Positions 1-10,104 of a stretch of DNA of 64,000 nt are shown here, piece by piece. The first letter of the stretch is position 1; the number at the start of each line of letters is the position of its first letter. The notes beneath the pieces are model-generated. The model made no database searches and was not told where the DNA came from. It worked only from the letters and a program-made list of their open reading frames with translations. Source of the DNA: Collinsella sp. GTDB lineage: Bacteria; Actinomycetota; Coriobacteriia; Coriobacteriales; Coriobacteriaceae. The stretch covers positions 1,194 to 65,193 of the forward strand of contig DBEYWP010000003.1 of assembly GCA_048183675.1 (NCBI GenBank). Reading direction: 5' to 3'. The translations under genes and the position numbers were made by a program.

Positions 1-208
1 GCTTGTCGCGCATGGCGGGACTCCTTTATGTGCGTGAAGGCGAAAATCGGCAGAGTTGATGGGGCGCGCGGCGCCACTGCGGGGGTAAGCCCAGCTAGAA
101 CATGTCGATCTTCAGATACATGCGCATCCCTTCGCGTATGAGGTACATAGTTGCGGTCTAACCCATACATGATAGCGTGCGCAGGCATACCTGCATATAA
201 CCCGCACG

Positions 209-236
209 GAATGCGACAAAGGGTCAGTCTCTTTCC
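209..236. repeat. degenerate copy of palindromic repeat family 1 (GTGACAAAGGGAC-N-GTCCCTTTGTCAC)
   Basis: gaatgcgacaaagggtcagtctctttcc resembles the left half and part of the right half of the consensus seen intact at 20421, 23952, 25500, 36121 and 53804. Confidence 0.4.
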
Positions 237-429
237 TTGAATACAACTTCATCCGAACGCCTCCCGCATTCATCCGCACATATACGGATAAATTTGGGAA
301 TCCGATACCCTGAGGGCCGGATCGGCCGGCCCCGGGAGATCGGAGGACGCCATGTCCGGAAAGGGCGGGAAGGGCGCCGCGAGGGCGGTCCCGAGGACCC
401 ACGGCAGGCTCACCGGGTACGAGCGGGAC

Positions 430-680
430 ACGGTCCAGAGGATGCTGAAGCGCAGGGTTCGCTCGGCCACTTCCTCGAGAGGTTCAAGGGCGTATCGACC
501 CGCAGGCTCCACAGCTGCCTGATGTGGTTCAGATGGCTGCGCGAGGCCGCACGCGTCGGGGACAGGACGTCGCTCATGCGCGAGCAGCTCGACGACGGGC
601 GCTACGAAAAGATCCGGAAGAAGATGATGGAGCCGGAGTACGAGTTCCATCTGGAGCCGGACGTGCAAACGGCGGGTTAA
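430..680 (+). pseudogene. possible C-terminal remnant of an IS1595-like DDE transposase
   Basis: The ORF 237..680 tail ...HFLERFKGVSTRRLHSCLMWFRWL... fits the G-x-S-x-x-x-L-x-x-(Y/C)L-x-x-F-x-W tail I remember for IS1595/ISXO2-type transposases. No catalytic region lies upstream. The upstream part of the ORF is R/G-rich and looks non-coding. Confidence 0.3.
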
Positions 681-761
681 CATAGCCTTTCACCAAAAAG
701 GGCGAGCGGCCGCGCCCTGCGACCACCCGCCCTCAATCAAAGCCCTTCTCGGCCGCCGTAG

Positions 762-3700
762 CTACCGGTTCCGGCGCCGCAGGATAACGCCTGCGGCGAT
801 CAGCACCACCGCGCCGCCCGCGATGCCACCCAGGGCCATCGGCGACAAGCTGGTATCGCCCGTATACGGCAGACCCGGCTTCTCCTCCTTCGGCACCGGT
901 GACTTGCTCGGCGGATTGGTGGGCGGCTCCGTCGGCGGGGTGGTCGGCGGCGTGTACGTGTTCTTGAACACCGGCGCCACGGCGCCGTCATAGGTTACCG
1001 TCGCCACCAGATGGCCCGCACCGTCGTCCGTCACCGTCACCGTTACCCGGTGCTCGGCCGCGTCGTACGTCACGTTCTTCTGACCGTCGTCCACCTCGGA
1101 GATGCTGTAGGCGTACGTTCCGGGCTTGTCGTACGAGATCGCCTCGAAGCCCACCGTGCCGTCCGCCGCGTTCTTTGCGGTCTGCAGCACCTTGCCGTCG
1201 GCATCCTTCAGCTGGAAGGAGAACTGCCCTTCCTTCAGGTCCTCGCCGCTCAGCACCTTGGAGGCCCCCAGCTTCACCTCAGTCGCGGCCGGCGCGTAAC
1301 TGTTGCTGAACGCCACCGCATCCGCAGCCTTGCCGCCCTTGCTGTAGGCAACCTGCGCCTCCAGCGCGTGCGTCTCCGCATTCTCCGTCACCGTCACCGT
1401 CGCGGTAAAGACCGTCGTGTCGTAGGTGACGCCGTTCGCCGTCGCCCCTGCCCGCTCGGACACGGTGTAGACGTACGTCCCCACCTTGTCCAGCTGCAGC
1501 GGCGCGAAGCCGAACGTGCCGTCGGCGCCGTTCTGCACCGTCTGCACCACGTTACCGTCGGCGTCCTTCAGGTCGAAGAAGAACTCACCCTCGGCCAGGT
1601 CGCGGCCGGTCAGAGCCTTCGTTCCGGTAATCGTCGCCGTCGTTGCCGTCGGCGTGTAGGTGTTGGTGAAGGTCAGATCCGCAGCCGTCTTGTTCGCCGT
1701 CGCGGTCAGCTGGCCGCTGCCGTCATCGGTCACGTTCACCGTTACGTCCAGCACCGCATCGCTGTAAGTGATGGTGCCATCTTGGCCCGCAACCTCCTTC
1801 ACCTGGTACGTATGCGAACCAGTTGCGGTGTACGAGATGGCCTTGAAGGTAAACGCTTTACCCACGTTCGTGGTCCGGTCGATCTCCTGCCCGGTGGCCA
1901 CGTCAATCAGCGCGAATGTGAACTCGCCATCGGCGGGCGTCCGCGTGGTGGCCGGGTCGGCATTCTCAAGCACCTTGGTGCCAGAGATCTGGTAGGAGGT
2001 CTGACCCGGCTGGTAGCTGTTCGCAAACGTCATGGTATTGGGGGTGACGCCGTTCTCGGTGCCCTCGCTCGGTTTCACCGTAGAGCTCTCTACCACCAGC
2101 TTGCCGTCGTTGTTGTCCTTCACCACGTAGGTCAGGGTGTACGTCTTGCCGGTGTAGGTCACGCCCGGCACGCCCGGCGCGCCGTCCGTCGGCTGCACCT
2201 CACGGACCGTGAAGGGAAAGGTGCCCGCATGGTCGAAGGTCAGCTCGTTAAAGTAAACCTTGCCCTTGGCGTCGTTCTTCTGGGTCTGGAGCACCGTACC
2301 GTCAGACCCCACCAGCTCGAAGGCGAAGTCTCCCGCCTTTAGCTGATAGCTGCCGTCGTGCACGTCAACGCTCTTGGTGAGGGCGATCGCGCCGGAGTTC
2401 GTCGCCTTCGCCTTGTAGGTGTTGGTGAAGGTGGGCTTCGTGGCGTCCGCGCCGTCGTAGGCGACGCTCGCCTGCAGCGTGCCGGCATTGTCCACAACCG
2501 TCACCACGGCATGATGCACCGCGTCGTCGTAGGTCACGTAGGCCAGATCACCCTTCCGCTCCACGATAGTGTACTCGTACGTGCCCGGCTTCGCGTAGGA
2601 GAAGGCGTCGAAGTTAACACTTCCGTCCGCGCCGTTGGTCGCGGTCCGGACGGGCTTGGCCCCGGCAAGCTGCTCAGCAGTCATTTTGCCCTCGTACACA
2701 TCGAAGGTGAACTCGCCGTCCTTGGGGACGATCGGCGTGTTGTCGTCCTTCTTCACATAGCTCTTCTGCGCACCAAGGGCCAGACCGGTCGCGGCCGGCT
2801 GGTAGGTGTTGGTGAAGGTATCCGAGCCGGATGCGCTCGTCACGATCGCCTTCGCATTCAGTGCTCCGTTCCCGCCGTCTGTGACCGTCACCGTATAGGT
2901 GAGGGCATGATTGTCATAGACCATGCCCGGCTCCGCGCCCGGCTGCTCCACGATGGTGTAGGTGAAGTCCTTGCTCGCGGCGCCGTCCAAGTCGGAGAGC
3001 TGGAACTCGCGCGTGAAGCAGACCTTGCCGTTTGCATCGTTCTTCGCGGTGGCGATCACGTTGCCGGCAGCGTCCTTCAGGTCGAAGGTGAACTCGCCGT
3101 CCGCAGGCTTCGTCGTGTGATCGAAGCCGTCCGCAACCTTGATGGTCTTGGTCGCCGTCAGCTCCACGGATCCCTTTGCGGTGTAGGTGTTGTTGAAGGT
3201 GGGAGCCGTAGCGGCACCGTCATAGGTGACGGTCACCTTCGTCTTATTGTTGTCGTCCTGGTTCTGCTCTACCTTGACGTGGACCTTGACTTCCTTGGCG
3301 TCGTAGACCACGCCGTCGACGGTTTGGCCCGCTTTCTCCTCCTTGAGCGTGTAGTCGTACTCACCCAGGTTCAGGCCCTTGACGGTCAGCTTGACCTTGC
3401 CGCCCTGGTCGTTGGTGCCGCGGGCAACCTCGTTGCCAGCCTGGTTGTACAGGCCGAAGGTAAACGCGTCGGACGTCAGGTCCTTGCCCGCGAGAACTTT
3501 CATGGCCTCGACGGTAACGTCCGTCGTCGGCTTCGAGTTGGTGAAGGTCGGCACGGCCTTCTCGCCGTCGTAGGTGGCGACCGCCTTCAGCTCGCCCTTC
3601 TCGTCGGTGACCTTGACGTGGACCTTCACGTCCTTCGCGTCGTAGACGATGGTCGAGTCGTTGCCGGCAACCTCCTTGATGGCGTAGTCGTGATCGCCCG

Positions 3701-6700
3701 GCGTAGCGTAGTCGATGGCTGCAAAGGCGACCTTGCCGTCCTTGTCGTTTTGGACAGCCTGGAGCTCTTTGCCGTCGTTGTCGAGCAGCTGGAACGTGAA
3801 GTCGTTCCCTGCGAGCTCACCACCTGTGAAGCGCTTCTTCGCCTTGAGCGTTACCGAGGTCCCCTTCGGTCGGTACGTGTTCGTGATCTTGGCGATTTTG
3901 TCAGCGACCTTGATCGGGTTGTCCTCATGGCTCACGCCGTCGTCGGTGTAGGTCTGCTCCATCTTGACTGCCGGCTGCGACAGCGTGCCGTCGCCGTTAT
4001 CGCTCACCGTCACCGTGACGCGGTAGGAAGCGCTTGAATACCCGAACCCGGGCAGCCAGCTAGCGTCGTTTTGAGACGGCGTGGCCTCGGCGATGAGATA
4101 GGTGTAGGTGCCGGGCTTGGTGTACTCAATCTCGCCGAAGTCGAACTTGTCCCCGTTCTCAACGGTCTTCACAACCTGCTTCATACCACTCACGGGTGCA
4201 TTCTCGGCACCGTCGGGCATCGGCGTGCCCTTGTCCGCGCGCAGGTAAATCTTGAAGCTATCGCCATCTTTCCAGTCACGGCCCTGGAGCACCTTCTGCG
4301 CCCAGAACGCATTGGTGAGCGTCACCGGCGACTTTACGCTGTAGGTGTTCGTGAATACCAGCTTGTTGGCGTCGGCCAGTGTGCCGTCGGCGTTCTGCTT
4401 TGCGATCGTGCCGGAGATGCTGTCGCCCTCGCCACTCAGGGCGTTGCCGCCCTGCTCGCGCTTGGTCAGCGTGAAGCCGGCCGGCATCTTGTCCGTACCG
4501 GTCAGCTCCTGCACCGTGTAGGCGTCGTGCTCGGCGAGGCCGTACACGCGGATCGTCTGGCCGGCCGTGATGGTCTGCTCGCGACCGTTCGTCAGGTCGA
4601 ACATATCGCCGACCTGCTTCTCGCTTGCGGCCCCAGCGTTCTTGAACACTGCAGCCTTGTAGGTCTTCCCATCAGGCACGGTGAACTTGAAGGTGAACTT
4701 TGCGTCCTTATTGCCCGTCAGGCCATTGGGCACGACAACCTTCTTCGTCACCTCAAGGCTCGCCTCGCGTTCGTTCGCCACGCGCACGCAGGTGGCGCCC
4801 GTGAACAGGGCGTTCAGGTTCATGTCGCCCAGATTGGCACGGGCACCTTTCGACGTGGTCCCCTTGGGCCGCTCGTCCTGCATGATACCCATACGTATCC
4901 AGCCCGTCTCGGTCTCCAAGCGATAAGGTTTACCCTCCTCGGTGGGCCCATACTGGTAGACACGTCCGTTGGCGCCGTACTTGAGGTGCACCTCATCCTC
5001 GCCGCCCTTGGCGTCATTGTTCCAGGAAAGGTTGTCGTTGCCGTCGAGCTTGCCGTCGGACGTCTGGCGCGTACCCTTGATCCACGTGAGCGTGTTGTCG
5101 ATGTCGCCCTCTGCGCCAAACTGGTCCAGACTCTTCATGAGCGCGCCCGGGCCCACGAACGTCGAAACGCCGTCATCGTCCGTACCAGCATCGGCATGGA
5201 CGCCGCAATCGTCCACAATCACCTTGGTGAGCGTGTCGTTAAGCAGGAAGCCCTTGGGAGCCGAGACCTCCTTTAGGAAGTAAGTTCCATTCACGAGCGG
5301 CCTGTTACCGTCGCTTGTATTCGGGAATATGCCCGCACCTTCGAGCGGGACCGGGTTGCCGACCGACCCCGTCCTCAGGGTGTCGTAGGGGTCCTGGCCG
5401 TCCTTGAGCACGACCTTGCCGTTCGCATCCGTAGTCACCTGGGTGGACTTGTACAGGCCGAACTTCGCGCCGTCTACGGGGTTGCCCTCGGTATCGGTCT
5501 TCTGCACGAACAGGCGGTTCTGGATGTTCGTGACGAGCAGGCGCGTGGCGAACTGTCGCTGGAAATTCTTCTCGCCGCTGGGGAGGTCATCGCTGAACAC
5601 GTGGACCGTGTTGTCCGTATTCGCGTTGGCGATGGAACTCGCCGTTGTGTGGTAGATGGCCACCGTGTACTCGGCATCCTTGCGGTCATTACCGCTCAGC
5701 AGGTAGTAGTACTTGGAGATGTCGCCGGGCAGATTTTGAATCTCTACCTGGTACTGGCCGCTCGTGTTGAGCGTGAAGGCGTGCAGGTCCTTCTTCGCCG
5801 CCTCGATAGCGCCGGCTTTGCTCGGCTTCTCGGCGAGGGTGTACCCCATTCCCGTCGATGGGTCGCCCGACACGGCGTACCAATTGTTCTGATTTTTGAT
5901 ATCTGCGTTTGCGCTTTTATCGCGCTTGAGCACCACAGCGAACAGTATGCCAGACTTCAGGTTGACGGTCTCGTCGGACTTCGTCAGGTCATCATTCGCC
6001 TTGTACACGTTCACCGGTGCGGTGATGGTCTCCTTCGCGCCGGCAAACGCACCAGTCTTCCACACGACGCTGTCCGCATCCATACCGCCGCGGTTGATGA
6101 TGACGCCGCCCGCGCCGTTCTCAGCGCTCGCGGGCACGTACTCGAGCTGCATGCTGCCACCTGTCGCCGTGAGACTCGAGCGGTATCCCTCCGGCACGCG
6201 CGTCTCCTTCAGGAGGTAGTACTTGTTACCGTGATTCTTGTTGTAGAGATCGTCGAAGTTGATGACGCCGTTGTCATCGTCGTTCGTGAGCGTTAGGTGG
6301 CCGGCCTCGTCCGTGGTGCCGGAGCCGAGGAGCGCGTTCTTGTCATTGGTCGTATCTGTAAAGTTCTCGTCTGTTTTGTACAGCGCGAACTCGGCGCTCT
6401 GTACGAACTTGCCGTCCTGGTCGAACTTTATGATGTCGGACTCGGGCACCGTCACGAGGTTGAACTTGAGCTCCATGTTGGAGTCGGTGGCGCCGCGCTC
6501 CAGGTAGAAGAACTTGAGGGTGTGGTTGGTGTCGTCGGCGAAGGTGTTGTCTTTCCAGCTCGTCTCGCCGGCCTTGCCCGCCTCCTGGTACTTGCTCTTC
6601 AGCGTGCCGTTGTAATTGTCGTTTACCTTAATGTCGCCCGTATGAAAGTTGATGCTCAGACTCGCGCGGTTGTGAATACCGCCGATATCACTCACGAGGA

Positions 6701-7520
6701 CATCATCGATGAACACCCAGACGTCATCATCGCCGGCGAACTCGAACACCATGTCGTCGCCCGCGTTCATCTTGCCGCCAGCAGGCTGCACGAATCGCGT
6801 GGACATTGAGAGGCCGAAGTGGTGGTTGACGGGGCGGCCGCCGTTGTAGCGCGAATCACCGGTGTTGTCTGCCTTGATGCCGGTTTGGACGAGCTGGCCG
6901 TTTTCCTCTTTGAACACCTTGTCTGCCGCGTCGAACGGGAAGAACTGACCCTGGTGGGACGAATCGCCCACTTTGTCAATGCCCCAGGTGTCATAGATGT
7001 CGAAGGCATTCTTGTCAGCGTTGTAGGCTGCGTAGTTTTCGGAGCTGTCATAGACGTAGTAGCCGCCCTGAACCTTGAGGAGGCCCGTCACGCCAAAATG
7101 GGACGTCTTGCCGGTCTGGGCAGAGGAATCGAACAGGTAGCGGAGGGACTCGTCGCCCAAGGCTTCGGAAAGCTTCGGGTAGCCGTCTGAAAGCGTGTTG
7201 TTGACGATGCCGGGCCGCGGGCTCGTGCTGCCCGTCCATTGGTTGAGCGGCTCATCACCCTTGCCGTCGTTAAACTGGAACTTGTGGCCTGCGTTGACGC
7301 CGCCGCTGCCGGAAACCGACAGATGGTCATCGGGATTCACCCAGTAATCAAACAGGTTGATCGTCGTCCCCGAGGGCGAGGTCGTCGGAACCGTGTGGTC
7401 GGAGATCGCCGCCTCGGCACGAAGCGGCAGGAAGAAGCTCGCCGTCAGCGCGACGGCGAGGGCCAGAACAATCGCATATGGCGAAACCGGGCGCAGCCCA
7501 CGACGGCGGCCATAAGACAT
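762..7520 (-). CDS. giant LPXTG-anchored surface adhesin: signal peptide, fibro-slime/PA14-like domain, SpaA/CnaB-like domains, nine tandem Spy0128-type pilin-isopeptide domains
   Basis: Start moved to the ATG at 7520 (MSYGRRRGLRPVSPYAIVLALAVALTASFFLPLRAEA, a signal peptide). The N-terminal TINLFDYW...FFPFD...GDDDVWVFIDDVLVSDIGGIH matches the fibro-slime domain signature. LKETRVPEGY and FLKEVSAPKGF are CnaB/SpaA-type motifs. Nine repeats follow the pattern GEFTFxLxDxxGxxxxTxxNxxxGxVxFxxIxYxxxGTYxYxIxE...VTVTDxGxGxL...FTNTY. The C-terminus has LPYTG, a hydrophobic helix and RRRNR. Confidence 0.85.
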   Translation of the reverse strand: MSYGRRRGLRPVSPYAIVLALAVALTASFFLPLRAEAAISDHTVPTTSPSGTTINLFDYWVNPDDHLSVSGSGGVNAGHKFQFNDGKGDEPLNQWTGSTSPRPGIVNNTLSDGYPKLSEALGDESLRYLFDSSAQTGKTSHFGVTGLLKVQGGYYVYDSSENYAAYNADKNAFDIYDTWGIDKVGDSSHQGQFFPFDAADKVFKEENGQLVQTGIKADNTGDSRYNGGRPVNHHFGLSMSTRFVQPAGGKMNAGDDMVFEFAGDDDVWVFIDDVLVSDIGGIHNRASLSINFHTGDIKVNDNYNGTLKSKYQEAGKAGETSWKDNTFADDTNHTLKFFYLERGATDSNMELKFNLVTVPESDIIKFDQDGKFVQSAEFALYKTDENFTDTTNDKNALLGSGTTDEAGHLTLTNDDDNGVINFDDLYNKNHGNKYYLLKETRVPEGYRSSLTATGGSMQLEYVPASAENGAGGVIINRGGMDADSVVWKTGAFAGAKETITAPVNVYKANDDLTKSDETVNLKSGILFAVVLKRDKSANADIKNQNNWYAVSGDPSTGMGYTLAEKPSKAGAIEAAKKDLHAFTLNTSGQYQVEIQNLPGDISKYYYLLSGNDRKDAEYTVAIYHTTASSIANANTDNTVHVFSDDLPSGEKNFQRQFATRLLVTNIQNRLFVQKTDTEGNPVDGAKFGLYKSTQVTTDANGKVVLKDGQDPYDTLRTGSVGNPVPLEGAGIFPNTSDGNRPLVNGTYFLKEVSAPKGFLLNDTLTKVIVDDCGVHADAGTDDDGVSTFVGPGALMKSLDQFGAEGDIDNTLTWIKGTRQTSDGKLDGNDNLSWNNDAKGGEDEVHLKYGANGRVYQYGPTEEGKPYRLETETGWIRMGIMQDERPKGTTSKGARANLGDMNLNALFTGATCVRVANEREASLEVTKKVVVPNGLTGNKDAKFTFKFTVPDGKTYKAAVFKNAGAASEKQVGDMFDLTNGREQTITAGQTIRVYGLAEHDAYTVQELTGTDKMPAGFTLTKREQGGNALSGEGDSISGTIAKQNADGTLADANKLVFTNTYSVKSPVTLTNAFWAQKVLQGRDWKDGDSFKIYLRADKGTPMPDGAENAPVSGMKQVVKTVENGDKFDFGEIEYTKPGTYTYLIAEATPSQNDASWLPGFGYSSASYRVTVTVSDNGDGTLSQPAVKMEQTYTDDGVSHEDNPIKVADKIAKITNTYRPKGTSVTLKAKKRFTGGELAGNDFTFQLLDNDGKELQAVQNDKDGKVAFAAIDYATPGDHDYAIKEVAGNDSTIVYDAKDVKVHVKVTDEKGELKAVATYDGEKAVPTFTNSKPTTDVTVEAMKVLAGKDLTSDAFTFGLYNQAGNEVARGTNDQGGKVKLTVKGLNLGEYDYTLKEEKAGQTVDGVVYDAKEVKVHVKVEQNQDDNNKTKVTVTYDGAATAPTFNNTYTAKGSVELTATKTIKVADGFDHTTKPADGEFTFDLKDAAGNVIATAKNDANGKVCFTREFQLSDLDGAASKDFTYTIVEQPGAEPGMVYDNHALTYTVTVTDGGNGALNAKAIVTSASGSDTFTNTYQPAATGLALGAQKSYVKKDDNTPIVPKDGEFTFDVYEGKMTAEQLAGAKPVRTATNGADGSVNFDAFSYAKPGTYEYTIVERKGDLAYVTYDDAVHHAVVTVVDNAGTLQASVAYDGADATKPTFTNTYKAKATNSGAIALTKSVDVHDGSYQLKAGDFAFELVGSDGTVLQTQKNDAKGKVYFNELTFDHAGTFPFTVREVQPTDGAPGVPGVTYTGKTYTLTYVVKDNNDGKLVVESSTVKPSEGTENGVTPNTMTFANSYQPGQTSYQISGTKVLENADPATTRTPADGEFTFALIDVATGQEIDRTTNVGKAFTFKAISYTATGSHTYQVKEVAGQDGTITYSDAVLDVTVNVTDDGSGQLTATANKTAADLTFTNTYTPTATTATITGTKALTGRDLAEGEFFFDLKDADGNVVQTVQNGADGTFGFAPLQLDKVGTYVYTVSERAGATANGVTYDTTVFTATVTVTENAETHALEAQVAYSKGGKAADAVAFSNSYAPAATEVKLGASKVLSGEDLKEGQFSFQLKDADGKVLQTAKNAADGTVGFEAISYDKPGTYAYSISEVDDGQKNVTYDAAEHRVTVTVTDDGAGHLVATVTYDGAVAPVFKNTYTPPTTPPTEPPTNPPSKSPVPKEEKPGLPYTGDTSLSPMALGGIAGGAVVLIAAGVILRRRNR

Positions 7521-7814
7521 GACGGACCACCGCTCGCGCGGCCGGTGTTCACCAGGAAGTTCCCTGCTTAGACACCCCCCGGTAGCAATATTCACGAGTC
7601 GAAACGTCGTCTCTCTGAGCTCCTGCATTATTTCCTCCCCAGTCACACGGCGACCTGCCCGGGTGCTCCCCGGGGGCCGAGGCAGTCTGGCACATGCCCG
7701 CAGTCGTTCAAGGAATACCAACCCCAGCATATGTCTCTTAAGATATCTTAGTCTTTTTCTATAACAATTTTTGTCTCATTACCGATGAAATCGGCTCAGT
7801 CCCCTTGTCGCATT

Positions 7815-9242
7815 CTAGAGCGTGTGGAGCAGGGCGATGAGGAAGCGGATGCCTTGGAGGTAGGCGCGACGGGTGATGCGCTCGTTGGTGCCGTGGACGC
7901 CGCGGTCGCATTCGTCATCGTCGACCACAAAGGCGGAGAAGCGGATGCACTCGTGGCAAATGCGCTGGTAGTTGGCGGCATCGGTTGCACCAATCACGGT
8001 CGAGGGCACGATGCTCATCGGCTCTTGACCCACCGCAGACGATCTGTTTTCCTCCATCCCCTTGGGATTACGGAAATAGCGGGCGGCGATGGCGCGGACG
8101 GCCTCGAGCCCCGGACCGCCCACGCGCGGGGACGGTGAGGGCTCGGAGCTGCCGGGGCCCAGCTCGACCTCGACTCGGCCAGCGAGCCCAGCGGTGGCAA
8201 CGGCCTCGCGGCAGCAGGCCACGACATCGGCCACGCTCGTACCCTCGAGCATGCGGAAGTTGACATTGGCCCACATATCCTGCGGCATTACGTTGGCACC
8301 GGTACTGCCGCCTTCGATTTGCGTGGGCGCGCAGGTGGTGGTCACAAGCGGGCACAGCTTTTTGCTGGCGAGGCAGTCGCGCACGATGGCATCCTTGCTG
8401 GTAGCAATCTCGTCTGCGGTATAAAGCCCCAGCTCGACGAGCTGCGCGGCAAGCAGATAGGTCACACGCGCCGGCCACTCGATATCGCAAATCGCGGTAA
8501 TAGCGCGGCTGAGCACTTCGAGCGACGTGCCACCGTAAGGGTTGGAAGAATGCCCGCCCTCGCTCTTCGTCCTGAGCACGATATCGGCATAGCCCTTCTC
8601 GGCAAGATCGGCATGCATAAGCCAACCCTCGCCTGCGCCGTACTCGGCAGCCGGAACGATACGATAGTCGCCCTCGTCAATCAGGTACTCAAGCTCAACG
8701 CCGCGCTCCTCGAGCACGCGGCCAATGGCACCCGCGCCGCACTGCGTGGTCTCCTCATCCTGGCCAAAGGCCAGCAGCAGGGTTCGTTCGTGTTGCCAGC
8801 CGTGCGCCAGCGCATACTCAACGGCCTCCAGGATGCCTGCGACCTGATCTTTCATATCGATGGCGCCGCGACCCCAAATATAGGTGTCGTCCACGTGCCC
8901 GCTAAAGGGATTGTGCGTCCAGTCTGTCTCGGTGCCCGGCACCACGGGAACCACGTCCATGTGGCCCATGAGCATGACCGGCTTGAGGGCGGGGTCGATG
9001 CCGGCAAGCGTCACGAGCAGCGAATGGTCGATGAGCTCGACCTCGCCCGCCGCAAACACGCGCGGCCAGGCCTGCTGCATATAGGCGCGCAGGTCGGCAA
9101 ACGCCTGCCAGTCCACCGTCTGGGCATCCATGCTCGAAATCGTCGGAAACGACAGCACGCGGCCCAGGCGCTCGCACGCGCCGACCTCGTCGATATCGGC
9201 AAAATCATCCTCGTGCGCAAAGAAGCGCCAAACCTCGGCCAT
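7815..9242 (-). CDS. M20/M25/M40 family metallopeptidase
   Basis: LMGHMDVVPV...WTHNPFSG...IWGRGAIDMKD...AFGQDEE are typical M20 metal-ligand blocks. Start set at MAEVW (ATG at 9242) with GGAGGAAGG 3 nt upstream. The longer ORF start would run into the palindrome at 9259..9291. Confidence 0.8.
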   Translation of the reverse strand: MAEVWRFFAHEDDFADIDEVGACERLGRVLSFPTISSMDAQTVDWQAFADLRAYMQQAWPRVFAAGEVELIDHSLLVTLAGIDPALKPVMLMGHMDVVPVVPGTETDWTHNPFSGHVDDTYIWGRGAIDMKDQVAGILEAVEYALAHGWQHERTLLLAFGQDEETTQCGAGAIGRVLEERGVELEYLIDEGDYRIVPAAEYGAGEGWLMHADLAEKGYADIVLRTKSEGGHSSNPYGGTSLEVLSRAITAICDIEWPARVTYLLAAQLVELGLYTADEIATSKDAIVRDCLASKKLCPLVTTTCAPTQIEGGSTGANVMPQDMWANVNFRMLEGTSVADVVACCREAVATAGLAGRVEVELGPGSSEPSPSPRVGGPGLEAVRAIAARYFRNPKGMEENRSSAVGQEPMSIVPSTVIGATDAANYQRICHECIRFSAFVVDDDECDRGVHGTNERITRRAYLQGIRFLIALLHTL

Positions 9243-9258
9243 GCCTTCCTCCAAAAAC

Positions 9259-9291
9259 AACGTGGCAAAGAGGCGGTCCCTTTGCCACGTT
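9259..9291. repeat. variant copy of palindromic repeat family 1
   Basis: aacgtggcaaagaggcggtccctttgccacgtt has a 12-bp perfect stem and shares GGCAAAG...GTCCCTTTGCC with the family consensus. It lies 9 nt downstream of the ABC ATPase stop. Confidence 0.6.
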
Positions 9292-9299
9292 CGCTTGCA

Positions 9300-10082
9300 T
9301 TATTTGTCGTTGAGATAACGCGAGAGGAACTCGCGGGTGCGCTGGTGCTTAGGATTGCCAAAGAGCTCAGCCGGCGCGGCGTCCTCGAGCACCACGCCCT
9401 GGTCCATAAAGACCACGCGGTCGGACACGGTACGCGCGAAGGCCATCTCGTGGGTAACGACGACCATGGTCATGCCGTCGGCGGCGAGCTTGCGCATAAC
9501 GTCGAGCACCTCGCCCACGATCTCGGGATCGAGCGCAGAGGTAGGCTCGTCAAACAGCATGATCTGCGGGTTCATGCACAGGGCGCGGGCGATGGCAACG
9601 CGCTGCTTTTGGCCACCGGACAGGCGACCAACCGCGGCATGGGCGAATTTTTCGAGTCCCACGCTCGCCAGATGCTCCATCGCGACCTGTTCGGCCTGAT
9701 CTTTGCCCATCTTTTTGAGCGTGACGGGCGCGAGCGTGCAGTTGTCGAGCACATCCATGTTGTTGAACAGGTTGAAGCCCTGGAACACCATGCCGATGTC
9801 CTCACGCAGCTTGTTAATGTTGCAGCGCTCGGCCGTGAGATCCTGGCCGTGGAACCAGATGTGACCCGTGTCCGGAGTCTCGAGCAGGTTGAGGCAGCGC
9901 AGAAAGGTCGATTTGCCCGAGCCTGAGGCGCCGATGATGGTGACGACCTCGCCGGGGCTAACGGCCAGGTCGATGCCCTTGAGCACCTCGAGCGAGCCAA
10001 AGCTCTTGCGCAGGCCCTCAACGCGGATGAGCGGCTCTTTGGTTTGCGCGGCCGCAGCGCCGGTAGTAACGGTATCTGCCAT
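9300..10082 (-). CDS. amino-acid ABC transporter ATP-binding protein (GlnQ/HisP-like)
   Basis: Walker [10 protein letters not shown], signature [15 protein letters not shown] and Walker [13 protein letters not shown] are present. Start set at MADTV (ATG at 10082). Confidence 0.9.
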   Translation of the reverse strand: MADTVTTGAAAAQTKEPLIRVEGLRKSFGSLEVLKGIDLAVSPGEVVTIIGASGSGKSTFLRCLNLLETPDTGHIWFHGQDLTAERCNINKLREDIGMVFQGFNLFNNMDVLDNCTLAPVTLKKMGKDQAEQVAMEHLASVGLEKFAHAAVGRLSGGQKQRVAIARALCMNPQIMLFDEPTSALDPEIVGEVLDVMRKLAADGMTMVVVTHEMAFARTVSDRVVFMDQGVVLEDAAPAELFGNPKHQRTREFLSRYLNDK

Positions 10083-10104
10083 GATGAATCTCCTCGTCTT
10101 GCGC

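Noticed and set aside
1-236. Possible gene start on the minus strand near position 13 (cat at the very left edge) and ORF 112..402
   Set aside because: The edge fragment is too short to evaluate. The translation of ORF 112..402 is low-complexity and overlaps the degenerate palindrome.
1011-7571. Many long ORFs (up to 559 aa) on the plus strand antisense to the adhesin gene, and similar long antisense or out-of-frame ORFs throughout the window (for example 8319..9926, 16192..17613, 17468..19291, 49368..51392, 55659..57164, 60159..62240)
   Set aside because: Their translations are R/G/A/V/H-rich low-complexity strings with no recognisable motifs. They fully overlap genes with clear family signatures. 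They are the expected stop-codon-poor shadow frames of GC-rich coding DNA.
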